This document shows, one piece after another, positions 10,237-20,203 of a stretch of 64,000 nt of DNA. How positions within the stretch are numbered: position 1 is the first letter of the stretch; each line of letters begins with the position of its first letter. The stretch lies in sequence record SRR31156797_986. One strand, given 5' to 3'. The notes under the pieces were generated by a model. It was not told the DNA's origin. It did no database searches and saw only the letters and a list, made by a program, of their open reading frames with translations. The translations under genes and the position numbers were made by a program.

Positions 10237-10896
10237 ATGGAGGCAACAATGAAGATACCATTCACCACCGAACAGTTCTTCGAAGTTATCCGAAACTACA
10301 ACGAATCTGTTTTTCCAGCGCAAATTATTCTTCTGATTCTGGCAATTGCTGCACTTTGGCTCATCTTTAAACCGAGGCCTGCTTATAGCAAATGGGTTGG
10401 TGTGTTTTTGGGGCTGCTCTGGCTCTGGACCGGGATATTCTATCACCTTGCATTTTTTACCACAATTAACAAAGCGGCTTACATTTTTGGCGGCCTGTTC
10501 ATCATTCAGGGCCTGCTGTTTCTTATGGAATCATACGGTAGAAAAAAGGTTGAGTTCGTTTACAAAAAGAACGCCATCGGAGTACTGGCTTTATTTTTTA
10601 TTCTTTTCGGAATTTTTATTTATCCGGTCCTGATTTATTTAAGTGATGAATCGATATATACGACGATCACTGTCGGACTTCCTTGTCCTTCAACCATTAT
10701 AACCTTTGGCTTTTTAATGCTTACCAACCCAAAATTCCCAAAATATTTACTGATAATTCCCGTGTTATGGACAATAGTTGGCACAAGCGCTGCCTATAAT
10801 TTTGGCGTTTACCCTGACTACATGATGCCTGTGGCTGCACTTGTTGCTGTTGTTTACCTCTTGGGCAGGAAAGGGAAAGCGGTAAAAGCCGGGTAA
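10237..10896 (+). CDS. Integral membrane protein (DUF6064-like)
   Basis: MKIPFTTEQFFEV..YN start, multiple TM helices, GLPCPSTIITFG motif; start at 10237 or 10249. Confidence 0.7.
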   Translation: MEATMKIPFTTEQFFEVIRNYNESVFPAQIILLILAIAALWLIFKPRPAYSKWVGVFLGLLWLWTGIFYHLAFFTTINKAAYIFGGLFIIQGLLFLMESYGRKKVEFVYKKNAIGVLALFFILFGIFIYPVLIYLSDESIYTTITVGLPCPSTIITFGFLMLTNPKFPKYLLIIPVLWTIVGTSAAYNFGVYPDYMMPVAALVAVVYLLGRKGKAVKAG

Positions 10897-11024
10897 ATAA
10901 TATTGAAATCAAAGATTACGCAAACTGACCAGGATATTCGGGAATATTATGATCAAGGTCAGGCAGAATGAAGTTATTATTTTAACTGAATGACTTAATT
11001 TTGTTTTCCTTTAAAGTTAATAGC

Positions 11025-11777
11025 ATGAATAAAACTCAAGGGAAAATCCGCTCCGATCTTTACCAGATCAACTGGCACGAAAGTGATTTTAAGGGGATGG
11101 CTTCCCCGGCAGCCATCTGCAATTTCCTGGGTGAATCAGCCTGGCGCCAGGCTGAGGAACTGGGATTTGGATACAAGGATGCACGCAAGCACAATCAGTT
11201 TTGGGTGGTGTTGCGTTGGTATATCAAAATGGAGAAATATCCCCAATGGCAGGATGAAATCATTATGGAAACCTGGCCGCGTATGCCGGAGCATTTATAT
11301 GCTTTCCGCGATTACAATATAAAATCAGGCAAGGGTGAAATGCTGGGAAAAGCCACGTCAACCTGGATGGTACTGGATGCCAAAACACGACGTCCGCAAA
11401 GGCTGGAACTGGTTGAAGGTGCTCTTGATACTACCCTTGATAAATCAGCCCTGGGTGAAAATGCACAAAAGGTTCGGATACCGCAGAATGCTGAATCTGC
11501 AGGAAAAATCAGGGTAGGGTATAGCCAGGTGGATTATCACGGGCATATCACCAACCCAAAATATATAGAATGGGCTTTGGATTTGTTTGATGAAGTTTTC
11601 CACAAATCACATATGCTTTCCGAACTCCGGGTAAACTTCCTGCACGAGTGCCGTTTTGGTGATAAAGTGGAATTGTTTGTGGAGCATAATGACAATCTGA
11701 ATCAAACCGTTTTTGCTAAAAATACAGAAACAGGAAAAGCTATTTTTGCTATCGAAATGACCTGGAAGAAAATTTAA
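11025..11777 (+). CDS. Acyl-ACP thioesterase family (double hot-dog)
   Basis: FWVVLRW, ETWP, STWMVLD..RRP, DYHGHITN..Y, NFLHEC motifs. Confidence 0.8.
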   Translation: MNKTQGKIRSDLYQINWHESDFKGMASPAAICNFLGESAWRQAEELGFGYKDARKHNQFWVVLRWYIKMEKYPQWQDEIIMETWPRMPEHLYAFRDYNIKSGKGEMLGKATSTWMVLDAKTRRPQRLELVEGALDTTLDKSALGENAQKVRIPQNAESAGKIRVGYSQVDYHGHITNPKYIEWALDLFDEVFHKSHMLSELRVNFLHECRFGDKVELFVEHNDNLNQTVFAKNTETGKAIFAIEMTWKKI

Positions 11778-11800
11778 CAGGGTAATGTATTTAAGTTATT

Positions 11801-12958
11801 CTATCTCTTCTTCCTGCTTCCCTGATACAACTCATACTTCACAAACCTGCACTCCAAAGGGCCGTTATATAACTTGATCTTTTTTGAGGTTCTCAACCCA
11901 ACAGATTTCAATGCTTCAGCATGAGAAGTAATGAGCCAGGCTTCATAGCCGGGATATCGGTTTTTTAGGGTATCCCCAATCATTTTGTAAAATGCAAGGA
12001 TGTCCGATTTTTGGATGCGTTCCCCATAAGGCGGGTTGGTAATGATGATGCCACCCTGATCGTTCGGAGGCTTACTGTTTTCGAAGGCTACCTGCTTTAA
12101 TTCAATCGCATCTTCAAAAGCAGCTTCAGCAATGGTTTCGCCAGCCACTTCAAGCATATTTTGATTTACATCGTTACCATAGATTTTCACTTCCTGAGCT
12201 TTAATCTTTGCGTTTTCCGCCTCTTTGATTCTATGCCAGAGGCCTTCATCAAAATCAGGCCATTGCATAAAACCCCAATCCTTACGGAAATAGCCAGCCG
12301 GCATATTCCGGGCAATCATAGCTGCCTCGCAAAGTATTGTTCCGGAGCCACACATTGGATCAATTAGGGTTGTGTTTGCATCCCAGCTTGAAAGCCTGAT
12401 CATCCCGGCCGCAAGCACTTCATTGATGGGGGCTTTGCCCTGCCTGATTCTGTAACCGCGCTTATGCAGGGAGTCTCCTGAACTGTCGAGCAGCAGAGTG
12501 CACTTTGTGCCGGTGATGTGAACCTGGATGCGAACATCAGGTTGGTCGATGTCCACATTTGGCCTTTTACCAGATTCCTCCCGAAAATAATCCGCAATGG
12601 CATCCTTTGTTTTTAGTGCCACATAATGCGAATGTTGCATCTGGCTGTTGCTCACCGTTGCATAGATGGCAAAGGTCTGGTCAGGTGAAAGGAAATATTT
12701 CCAACTGAACTTTTTCACCCTGCTGTAAAGGTCGTTTTCAGTTTCAACTTCAAAGGTTTTGATTTCCCGTAAAACCCTGAGCGCAAGTCTTGATGTGTAA
12801 TTAAGCCGGTAGATCACCTCCCTGCCTCCCTTGCATTTTACTGCCCGGTTCAGGATTTCTACGTTTTGGCCGCCACAAGCGGAGACTTCATCGGCAAGCA
12901 GTTCCTCCAGGCCGGCCTGGGTTTTAATAACTAGGGTATACGTCTGAAGTTCTGACAA
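11801..12958 (-). CDS. THUMP-domain class I SAM-dependent RNA methyltransferase (RlmL-like)
   Basis: THUMP N-terminus, SLHKRGYR, APINEVLAAG, DPMCGSGT, NPPYGER. Confidence 0.9.
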   Translation of the reverse strand: MSELQTYTLVIKTQAGLEELLADEVSACGGQNVEILNRAVKCKGGREVIYRLNYTSRLALRVLREIKTFEVETENDLYSRVKKFSWKYFLSPDQTFAIYATVSNSQMQHSHYVALKTKDAIADYFREESGKRPNVDIDQPDVRIQVHITGTKCTLLLDSSGDSLHKRGYRIRQGKAPINEVLAAGMIRLSSWDANTTLIDPMCGSGTILCEAAMIARNMPAGYFRKDWGFMQWPDFDEGLWHRIKEAENAKIKAQEVKIYGNDVNQNMLEVAGETIAEAAFEDAIELKQVAFENSKPPNDQGGIIITNPPYGERIQKSDILAFYKMIGDTLKNRYPGYEAWLITSHAEALKSVGLRTSKKIKLYNGPLECRFVKYELYQGSRKKR

Positions 12959-13013
12959 GGATATTTAGTTTAAGGTTATTTCATTTAGGTGTTGAGACGC
13001 AGGCGGTGCGTAT

Positions 13014-14123
13014 TTACGTAATATTTTTTCTTTTAAGGAAACGTTTGATTTTCTCAACCCTTCGCTGATAAGGTTCGTTTTCCGGGCGAGCCAGTAAAAA
13101 TGCAATAGCTTTTGTGGATTGATAGTTTTCGAAAACGATCTTTACACTGGCTAAAAACGGTATCACCAGCAACATTCCGGCAACGCCCCAAACCATGCCA
13201 CCGGCAATCAACCCTAAAATTGTAATGAACGGATTTAGGCGTACATAACCGCCGGTTATATTTGGCGTGAGAATGTTATTTTCAATAAACTGAATGAGAG
13301 CGAAAAATGCCAGTACCCACAATGCCATGTTTGGCGTATCACCGGTTAATAATGCAAACATAAACGGAAAGAATGCCCCGATCCAGGTGCCGAAGTACGG
13401 AATAAAATTGAAGAACGCTGAAATTACTCCAAAGAGAATGGCGTATTTTAATCCGATGAAATAAAGGCCGGTTGAATTTAATACTGACAGGATCATGACC
13501 ACCACGAAAGCGCCGCCCAAATATCGTTGTGAAACAAATGAAACCTCCTCAAGAATTTTATTTGTACGCAGCTTTTCTTTTGGTGGTACGATGCGCATGA
13601 TAAAAAAGTTGAATCGGTCGCGGTAATAAAGCAGATAAAAAACAAAAACCGGTAGGATAAATAACTTAAAAAACGTTCCGGCAGTTGCATTTAAAACATT
13701 ATTCAGCATCTGGCTTCCCGAGGTAAAAATGTTTGAAACCTGATCCCGAACCCAATTTTTTTGTTGATAGGTTTCAATCCCAAAATTGTCTTCTATAAAC
13801 ACCGACATTTGATTGACATTATCGAGAGCTTTGTCTTTTAAAGCAGGAAAATCACTGGCCAGGTTTGATATTTCATCCACAAAAAACACGGAGATGCCAG
13901 CAACAAAAGCCATCATTATGATGATCGTAATAAAAATAGACAGCCCTTTGGGAACGCCCATTTTGCAAAACCACCGGCAAACAGGGTAAAGCAGTGAGCT
14001 AACCAATAAACCAAATGATATTGTGACCAGGAAATTTTTGGCGATGATGATGATAAAGGTGAAGGCAATTAAAAAAATCAATAAGAATGTTGCCTTAACC
14101 AGAAAAGATTGACTTTTTATCAT
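13014..14123 (-). CDS. AI-2E (PerM) family transporter
   Basis: Multiple TM segments; FNFIPYFG, IQFIENNILTP, WGVAGMLLVIP. Confidence 0.88.
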   Translation of the reverse strand: MIKSQSFLVKATFLLIFLIAFTFIIIIAKNFLVTISFGLLVSSLLYPVCRWFCKMGVPKGLSIFITIIIMMAFVAGISVFFVDEISNLASDFPALKDKALDNVNQMSVFIEDNFGIETYQQKNWVRDQVSNIFTSGSQMLNNVLNATAGTFFKLFILPVFVFYLLYYRDRFNFFIMRIVPPKEKLRTNKILEEVSFVSQRYLGGAFVVVMILSVLNSTGLYFIGLKYAILFGVISAFFNFIPYFGTWIGAFFPFMFALLTGDTPNMALWVLAFFALIQFIENNILTPNITGGYVRLNPFITILGLIAGGMVWGVAGMLLVIPFLASVKIVFENYQSTKAIAFLLARPENEPYQRRVEKIKRFLKRKNIT

Positions 14124-14216
14124 GTTTTAAGGTTTTAAAAATACGGATGATAAACAATGAAATACCAAAAAAACACTCAACGGTATTCCCTACATTTGCC
14201 AAAAATACGAAACATT

Positions 14217-14543
14217 ATGACAATTGACGAGGCACAAAAACTTGTTGACGCATGGATTAATACTACCGGTGTACGGTATTTTAACGAACTCACCAATATG
14301 GCAATCCTTACTGAAGAGGTTGGAGAAGTGGCCAGAATTATTTCAAGGAAATATGGTGAACAATCGTTTAAAGAATCTGATAAAGAAAAGGATCTGGAAG
14401 ATGAATTTGCTGATGTGCTTTTTGTGCTGATCTGTATGGCCAACCAAACTGGTGTGAACCTGACTGAGGCCTTCAGGAAAAATCTGGAAAAGAAATCGAT
14501 CCGCGATAAAAGCAGGCACCTGAACAATCAAAAGCTTCAGTAA
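14217..14543 (+). CDS. MazG-like nucleotide pyrophosphohydrolase
   Basis: EEVGEVAR and EFADVLFV motifs; TACATTTG at 14191-14198 supports the ATG at 14217. Confidence 0.9.
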   Translation: MTIDEAQKLVDAWINTTGVRYFNELTNMAILTEEVGEVARIISRKYGEQSFKESDKEKDLEDEFADVLFVLICMANQTGVNLTEAFRKNLEKKSIRDKSRHLNNQKLQ

Positions 14544-14699
14544 GTATTAGCCTGTTCATAGCTGAAAAATTGCTGTCCATTTGCGAACATTATAAATCAA
14601 ATACAATTGTTTAAAAAAGAGCAATGGTTGTTATTAGCGATTTTGCAACTTTTGTATAGTTTTTGATAAGGTCACAACTTTAAATTTAAAAAGGATAAC

Positions 14700-16229
14700 A
14701 TGTTATTGAAATGGTTTACAAAAAATGAGTGGCGGGAAACCCGCCGTTCGTCAATGTGGGAACAATCCGTGGGGATTAAAATATTCCTGGGTTTTTTGTT
14801 TCTGATCATCTTTGCCGAGATACTCATCGGCAGTATATTTCTCGGTTTGGAATTCCAGGAAATTGCCGCCAGCGATGAAGTTATCAAGTACTTTGGAACC
14901 GACAATCACATCGAGATTTTCAATTCCCTATTGCTTTATGGATTTTCGCTGGGATTTTTTGTGCGGTTTTTCCTGCAAAAAGTTCCGGTTCTATCTGTTC
15001 AGCCTTACTTACATTTGCCCATTAGCAGGTCCAGGTTGGTAAATTATGTGCTGGGAAAATCCATTTTTGCCATATTTAATTTCATCCCGGTGCTTACCAT
15101 TACGCCATTTATTATTTTTCAGATGGTTCCTGAGTACTCGGGGTTTCAGATTGCCGGATATGTGTTTGCCATTATTTTTACAATACTGGCGGTGAATTTT
15201 CTGGCGCTGATGTTCAAACGAAACCTCTCGGGAAATACTTTGGTAACCATCATCATGATGTTTTTGATAGGCTTTCTTGCTGCGGCTGAGTATTTCGGTT
15301 TGATTTCCATCGCAAGGTTTTCTTCGATGCTTTACACAGGTGTGCTAACAAACCCACTTTGGCTTTTAGGCCCTGTGGCTGTGGCTGCTTTTGCTTATAC
15401 CTACAATTTTCGCGACCTGATTTCTCACCTGTACCCTGAAGACAACCTGCACCTCAAAAAATCATCAAAACGAAATGTTTCAGATTTTAAATACCTGAAG
15501 ACACTGGGGCAAATGGGTAACCTGATATCATTGGAAATGAAGCTGATGATACGAAACAAAAGGCCTAAAAGTACCGTAGTGTTTCTGCCAATTTTCCTAC
15601 TTTACGGCCTCATTTTTTACCCCAACCCTGAACTATATGGCCAAAACGGTTGGCTTATTTTTGTCGGGATTTTTATGACAGGCGGTGTTACGTTAATATA
15701 CGGGCAGTACCTTTTAAGCTGGGAGAGTAGCTATTTTGATGGCATCCTAACCCACATCGATGATTTTTATCTGTACTTCAAGGCCAAATACAATTTGTTG
15801 ATGGTGGCTACCATTGCTTCTGCAATTATCACCATTCCTTATGCATATTTTGGGATGAAGATCATTTTTATAAACTTTATGGCGGCCCTGTTCAACATGG
15901 GTGTAAGTTCCATTTTTGTGATTTATATGTCCACCAACAATAAAAAGCGCCTCGACCTATCAAAAGGTGCGGCATTTAACTACCAGGGTGTAAGCGCAAC
16001 CCAGTTCCTGATTTCTTTCCCGGTCATGCTGATGCCGCTGATCATTTACCTGCCATTCTGGGCGTTGGGAAATATTTTTGGTGACCATCTTTACGATATC
16101 GGAATCCTGTCCATCGGACTGGTTGGTTTGTTGGCGCTTATTCTGCACAGGCCACTGCTTAAAGCAGCCGTTAACCGGTTTTTGGAGCGCAGGTATGAGA
16201 TAGGCGATGGATTCAGAAAAAAATATTAA
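14700..16229 (+). CDS. ABC transporter permease (DUF5687-like)
   Basis: Polytopic membrane protein with PYLHLPI and RNKRPK motifs, directly upstream of an ABC ATPase. Confidence 0.75.
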   Translation: MLLKWFTKNEWRETRRSSMWEQSVGIKIFLGFLFLIIFAEILIGSIFLGLEFQEIAASDEVIKYFGTDNHIEIFNSLLLYGFSLGFFVRFFLQKVPVLSVQPYLHLPISRSRLVNYVLGKSIFAIFNFIPVLTITPFIIFQMVPEYSGFQIAGYVFAIIFTILAVNFLALMFKRNLSGNTLVTIIMMFLIGFLAAAEYFGLISIARFSSMLYTGVLTNPLWLLGPVAVAAFAYTYNFRDLISHLYPEDNLHLKKSSKRNVSDFKYLKTLGQMGNLISLEMKLMIRNKRPKSTVVFLPIFLLYGLIFYPNPELYGQNGWLIFVGIFMTGGVTLIYGQYLLSWESSYFDGILTHIDDFYLYFKAKYNLLMVATIASAIITIPYAYFGMKIIFINFMAALFNMGVSSIFVIYMSTNNKKRLDLSKGAAFNYQGVSATQFLISFPVMLMPLIIYLPFWALGNIFGDHLYDIGILSIGLVGLLALILHRPLLKAAVNRFLERRYEIGDGFRKKY

Positions 16230-16251
16230 TCAATAGAAAAACATAAAAACA

Positions 16252-16947
16252 ATGATAGAAACTTTTGACTTAACCAAGCAATACAACGAGCAGGTGGTGC
16301 TTAACCTGCCCAAAGTAAAAATTAGTAAAGGCGAATCATTTGGACTTGTTGGAAACAATGGTGCAGGTAAAACCACCTTTTTCCGCCTGATCTTGGATTT
16401 GATCCGGCCATCATCCGGAGAAGTAAAAATTAATCATGAAAATGTGGCGGAAGATCCCGCCTGGAAACTGATAACCGGTTCGTACCTGGATGATAATTAC
16501 CTCATCGATTTTTTGACACCTGAAGAATATTTTGAATTTATTGCCGGAGTTTACAAGCTACCAAAGGGCGATCTGGAACAGTTTTATGCGGAGTATGAAA
16601 CATTTTTCAACGGTGAAATATTGGGTAAAAAGAAATATGTACGCGATCTTTCCCGAGGCAACCAGCAAAAAGTAGGCATTGCAGCAGCACTGCTTCCCAA
16701 ACCCGAAATCCTGATCCTGGATGAACCATTCAATGGCCTCGACCCAACCACACAAATCCGGTTGATTAAGTTACTGAATGAACTCAAAGAAAAAACGGAT
16801 ATCACCATGCTGATCTCCAGCCACGACCTGAACCATGTTACAGAGGTTTGCGGTAGAATTCTGGTTTTGGACAAAGGTGAAGTTTACAAGGATATCATCA
16901 AATCCGAAAACACCATGAAGGAACTCGAAGAATACTTTGCGGCTTAG
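16252..16947 (+). CDS. ABC transporter ATP-binding protein
   Basis: Walker A GNNGAGKTT, signature LSRGN, Walker B ILILDEP, SSHD. Confidence 0.95.
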   Translation: MIETFDLTKQYNEQVVLNLPKVKISKGESFGLVGNNGAGKTTFFRLILDLIRPSSGEVKINHENVAEDPAWKLITGSYLDDNYLIDFLTPEEYFEFIAGVYKLPKGDLEQFYAEYETFFNGEILGKKKYVRDLSRGNQQKVGIAAALLPKPEILILDEPFNGLDPTTQIRLIKLLNELKEKTDITMLISSHDLNHVTEVCGRILVLDKGEVYKDIIKSENTMKELEEYFAA

Positions 16948-16985
16948 GCTGTTTTGGTATTTTTTTCTTTGTTGTTGGGGCATTC

Positions 16986-17582
16986 ATGAGAAAGGATTAT
17001 TTTCGGGATTCGAAAAACGATATGATCATGCATGATTTTAAGTCCCTTGTTGTTAATATTCAAAATATTCATCAGGAGTTACAACGTTCCGCAGTAAACA
17101 CGGTAAACCGGATGCTGACCATCCGTAATTGGCTGATTGGTTATTACATTGTTGAGTTTGAGCAGAATGGGAAAGATAGAGCGGAGTATGGCACAGCCAT
17201 GTTAAAACAGCTTTCAGATAATATAAACATTAACGGGCTTACTGCGCCGGAACTATCGCGATGCAGGCAGTTCTATAACACATATCCTCAAATTCTTGGG
17301 ACACTGTCCCAAGAAAAAGTACTGCCCGCATCAGATGAAAAAACTAATTCACTTTCTCCTTTCAGTGTTATCTCAAAGCTTTCTTTTTCGCATATCGTTG
17401 AATTAATTAAGATTGAGGGTTCACTTAAACGCTCATTTTACGAGGTTGAATGTATCAAAGGTGCCTGGAGTGTTCGTGAACTGCGCAGACAAATAACCAG
17501 CATGTATTTTGAACGAAGTGGTTTATCGAAAGTGAACTGGAAAAAAAATAGTGGCATTTATCCAAGTTGTAAAACAAGATAG
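16986..17582 (+). pseudogene. Truncated YhcG/DUF1016 protein (N-terminal domain only)
   Basis: RNWLIGYYIVEFEQNGKDRAEYG, LSFSHIVEL, WSVRELRRQI..YFERSGLSK; ends without the PD-(D/E)XK C-terminal domain. Confidence 0.7.
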
Positions 17583-17584
17583 CT

Positions 17585-20005
17585 GTGAATAAATATATTA
17601 TTTCACTCTTTTTGATGATTGGTCTGTCTGCGGTTGCAGCAGGGCAAAATATCGTATCCGGAAAAGTATTCGATGCTGAAACCAGGCAACCCCTCGCTTT
17701 TGTAAATATCATTACCAACAGCAACAATGTTGGTACTGCAACAGATATCGACGGAAAATTCAGGATGACCTCAAAGGTGCCCATTGAATTTTTGAGCTTA
17801 TCCTATGTAGGTTATCAACCTCATACTTTTTATGTGAAAGATAAATCTCAAGGGCTAAAAATTTACCTTGAAAAATCAGCGGTTGAGCTCAGTGAGGTGG
17901 TAGTAGTTGCGGGCGAAAACCCTGCCCATCGAATCATCAGAAATGTAGTTGCCAATCGCGACCGGAACAACCCGGAAAAGATGGCTTCGTTTGCATACAC
18001 CTCCTACGAAAAGCTTGTTTTTACCATCGATACGCTGGAGATCAACGAGGAAGAAATTGACCCCACTGATTCATCGTACATCAACCTGAAGCAATTCCTG
18101 GACGACAAGGATTTCTTCTTGCTCGAAAACGTGACAGAACGCAAATTTCTGGCGCCTGACCGAAATCATGAGAAAATAATTGCTTCAAGGGTGTCAGGTT
18201 TCAAGGATCCGATCCTGGTTTTTTTGAGTACGCAGTTGCAGTCGTCCACTTTTTACAATGAGTTGATCAGGATTTCTGATAAAAACTATATCAATCCCAT
18301 TTCGAAGGGGAGTACCAATAAGTACTTTTTTCAAATTGAGGACACCACCTATTCGGCCCGGGGTGATAGTGTGTTTATCATTTCATACCGGCCGCGTATC
18401 AACACCAATTTTGATGGATTGAAGGGGGTATTGTACATCAATGCTTTTGGATGGGCCATCCAGAATGTAATTGCAGAACCTTCACGCGAGGAAGATGGCC
18501 TGACCATTAAAATCCAGCAAATGTATGAATTGGTGGATGATACAACGTGGTTTCCTGTGCAATTGAATACCGACATCGTTTTTAACAATGTGAAGGTGAA
18601 TAATTTTATTCCGGTGGGCAGGGGCAAGCACTACATTCAGGATATTGTTTTGAATCCAGATCTGGTAAGGAGGCAATTTAATCAGGTCTCTATCGAGTTC
18701 GATCCCAATGCCAACAGCCGTTCCGAAGATTTTTGGCTGGCTTATCGTGGCGATTCACTCAACAGCCGCGAACGGCGGACGTATGAATTCATCGACAGCG
18801 TAGGGAAGGAGGCTAACTTAGACAGGATGGCTTACACCGTAAAATCGCTGCTTAACAACAGGCTGCCTTTAGGTATGGTTGACCTGGACCTGTCGAAAAT
18901 TGGCAGATATAACAATTATGAAGGGCTTTATCTCGGGCTAGGGCTGCGCACCAACCGAAAGCTTTCGCAGATGTTTGAGCTTGGTGGATACTGGGGGTAT
19001 GGTTTTCGTGATAAAAGTGCAAAATACGGTGGCGACCTGTCATTTACTGTCGATCGCTACCGGGAGATCAACCTTAACCTGGCCTACTTTAACGATGTTA
19101 CAGAAAGTGGAGGAGTTAAATTTTATGGTGATAATAACAACGTGCTCAATCCGGCCAATTTCAGGAATTTTCTGGTCAGGAATATGGAACATACCGAGCG
19201 GATGCATGCTTCATTGCGTTTTCGGGCACTCCGATACGGAACATTTCACGCCGGGTTGACCCACGACAGGAAATCCATCACCGATAATTACTATTTTGAT
19301 CCCGGAAATATGGAACCACCGGCAGAAAAACCGGAGTACATTTTCACTGAGTTTACCGCCGGATTCCGTTATGCGCATAAGGAAGATTTCCTGGAAATGC
19401 CGGATAGCCGTATTTCTTTGGGAACGAAATATCCGATTATATGGTTTCAATATACCCGTGGGCTGGAGGGTACGCTCGACGGAGCGTTCGCCTACAATAA
19501 GTTTGACCTCAGGATTGAAAAATCAATTTACCTGAAATACCTGGGAGAGTCAAAATTTGAAGTGCTGGCTGGATATGTAGATAATCCAATTCCGCAAGCC
19601 AACCTTTACAATGGGCGGGGGTCATACCGGGTTTTTACCATTTATGCACCCACAAGTTTTGCCACACAGCGCATGAATGAGTTTTTATCCAACCGCTATG
19701 CTTTCCTGTTTTACACCCATAATTTTGGGAATCTGCTTTGGCGCGGAAAAAAATTCAGCCCTGAATTTGCCATAGCCACCAACCTCGGCTTTGGTGATCT
19801 GGCTCATCCCGAATTCCATAAAGAAGTGGATTTTAAGACCATGGAGAAGGGCTACTTCGAATCAGGGTTGCTCATCAACAATCTGCTCAACATGAGTGGA
19901 ATTTACACCATTGGCGTAGGAGCATTTTATCGTTATGGCGCTTACCATTTGCCAAAAACGGCCGATAACTTTGCCTATAAAGTTGCAATTGTATTTCCAT
20001 TTTGA
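17585..20005 (+). CDS. Outer-membrane protein with carboxypeptidase-like regulatory domain and DUF5686-like beta-barrel
   Basis: Signal peptide; GKVFDAET..PLAFVNI..GTATDIDGKF..SYVGY; ENPAHRII; YNNYEG; terminal Phe; GTG start. Confidence 0.8.
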   Translation: MNKYIISLFLMIGLSAVAAGQNIVSGKVFDAETRQPLAFVNIITNSNNVGTATDIDGKFRMTSKVPIEFLSLSYVGYQPHTFYVKDKSQGLKIYLEKSAVELSEVVVVAGENPAHRIIRNVVANRDRNNPEKMASFAYTSYEKLVFTIDTLEINEEEIDPTDSSYINLKQFLDDKDFFLLENVTERKFLAPDRNHEKIIASRVSGFKDPILVFLSTQLQSSTFYNELIRISDKNYINPISKGSTNKYFFQIEDTTYSARGDSVFIISYRPRINTNFDGLKGVLYINAFGWAIQNVIAEPSREEDGLTIKIQQMYELVDDTTWFPVQLNTDIVFNNVKVNNFIPVGRGKHYIQDIVLNPDLVRRQFNQVSIEFDPNANSRSEDFWLAYRGDSLNSRERRTYEFIDSVGKEANLDRMAYTVKSLLNNRLPLGMVDLDLSKIGRYNNYEGLYLGLGLRTNRKLSQMFELGGYWGYGFRDKSAKYGGDLSFTVDRYREINLNLAYFNDVTESGGVKFYGDNNNVLNPANFRNFLVRNMEHTERMHASLRFRALRYGTFHAGLTHDRKSITDNYYFDPGNMEPPAEKPEYIFTEFTAGFRYAHKEDFLEMPDSRISLGTKYPIIWFQYTRGLEGTLDGAFAYNKFDLRIEKSIYLKYLGESKFEVLAGYVDNPIPQANLYNGRGSYRVFTIYAPTSFATQRMNEFLSNRYAFLFYTHNFGNLLWRGKKFSPEFAIATNLGFGDLAHPEFHKEVDFKTMEKGYFESGLLINNLLNMSGIYTIGVGAFYRYGAYHLPKTADNFAYKVAIVFPF

Positions 20006-20046
20006 GGGTGGTGAAAATTGATTATGCCGGAGTGTGATATTGGAAA

Positions 20047-20094
20047 GTTATTGAGTTACTGGGTTATTGAGTTGCTGGGTTATTAGGTTGGGTA
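20047..20094. repeat. Degenerate tandem repeat (16-bp unit, 8-bp periodicity)
   Basis: gttattga gttactgg gttattga gttgctgg gttattag gttgggta. Confidence 0.7.
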
Positions 20095-20124
20095 GTGCAA
20101 AGCTTTTGCGAAAAATAGAAGTCT

Positions 20125-20132
20125 TAACTTTG
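20125..20132 (+). promoter_or_regulatory. Bacteroidota -7 promoter element (TAACTTTG) with upstream TTTG at 20105-20108
   Basis: Consensus match upstream of the ORF at 20204. Confidence 0.55.
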
Positions 20133-20203
20133 TACGTGATCGATTTGAAAAAGGAGAATGAGAAGAACCGGAAGGAGATTAAAAATTTTAAGAAAAAATA
20201 TAA

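Noticed and set aside
14217-14543. MazG as an abortive-infection or toxin-antitoxin component
   Set aside because: Ordinary single-domain housekeeping type with no toxin or defence neighbours.
20047-20094. CRISPR array
   Set aside because: Units are 8/16 bp and contiguous, with no spacers and no cas genes.
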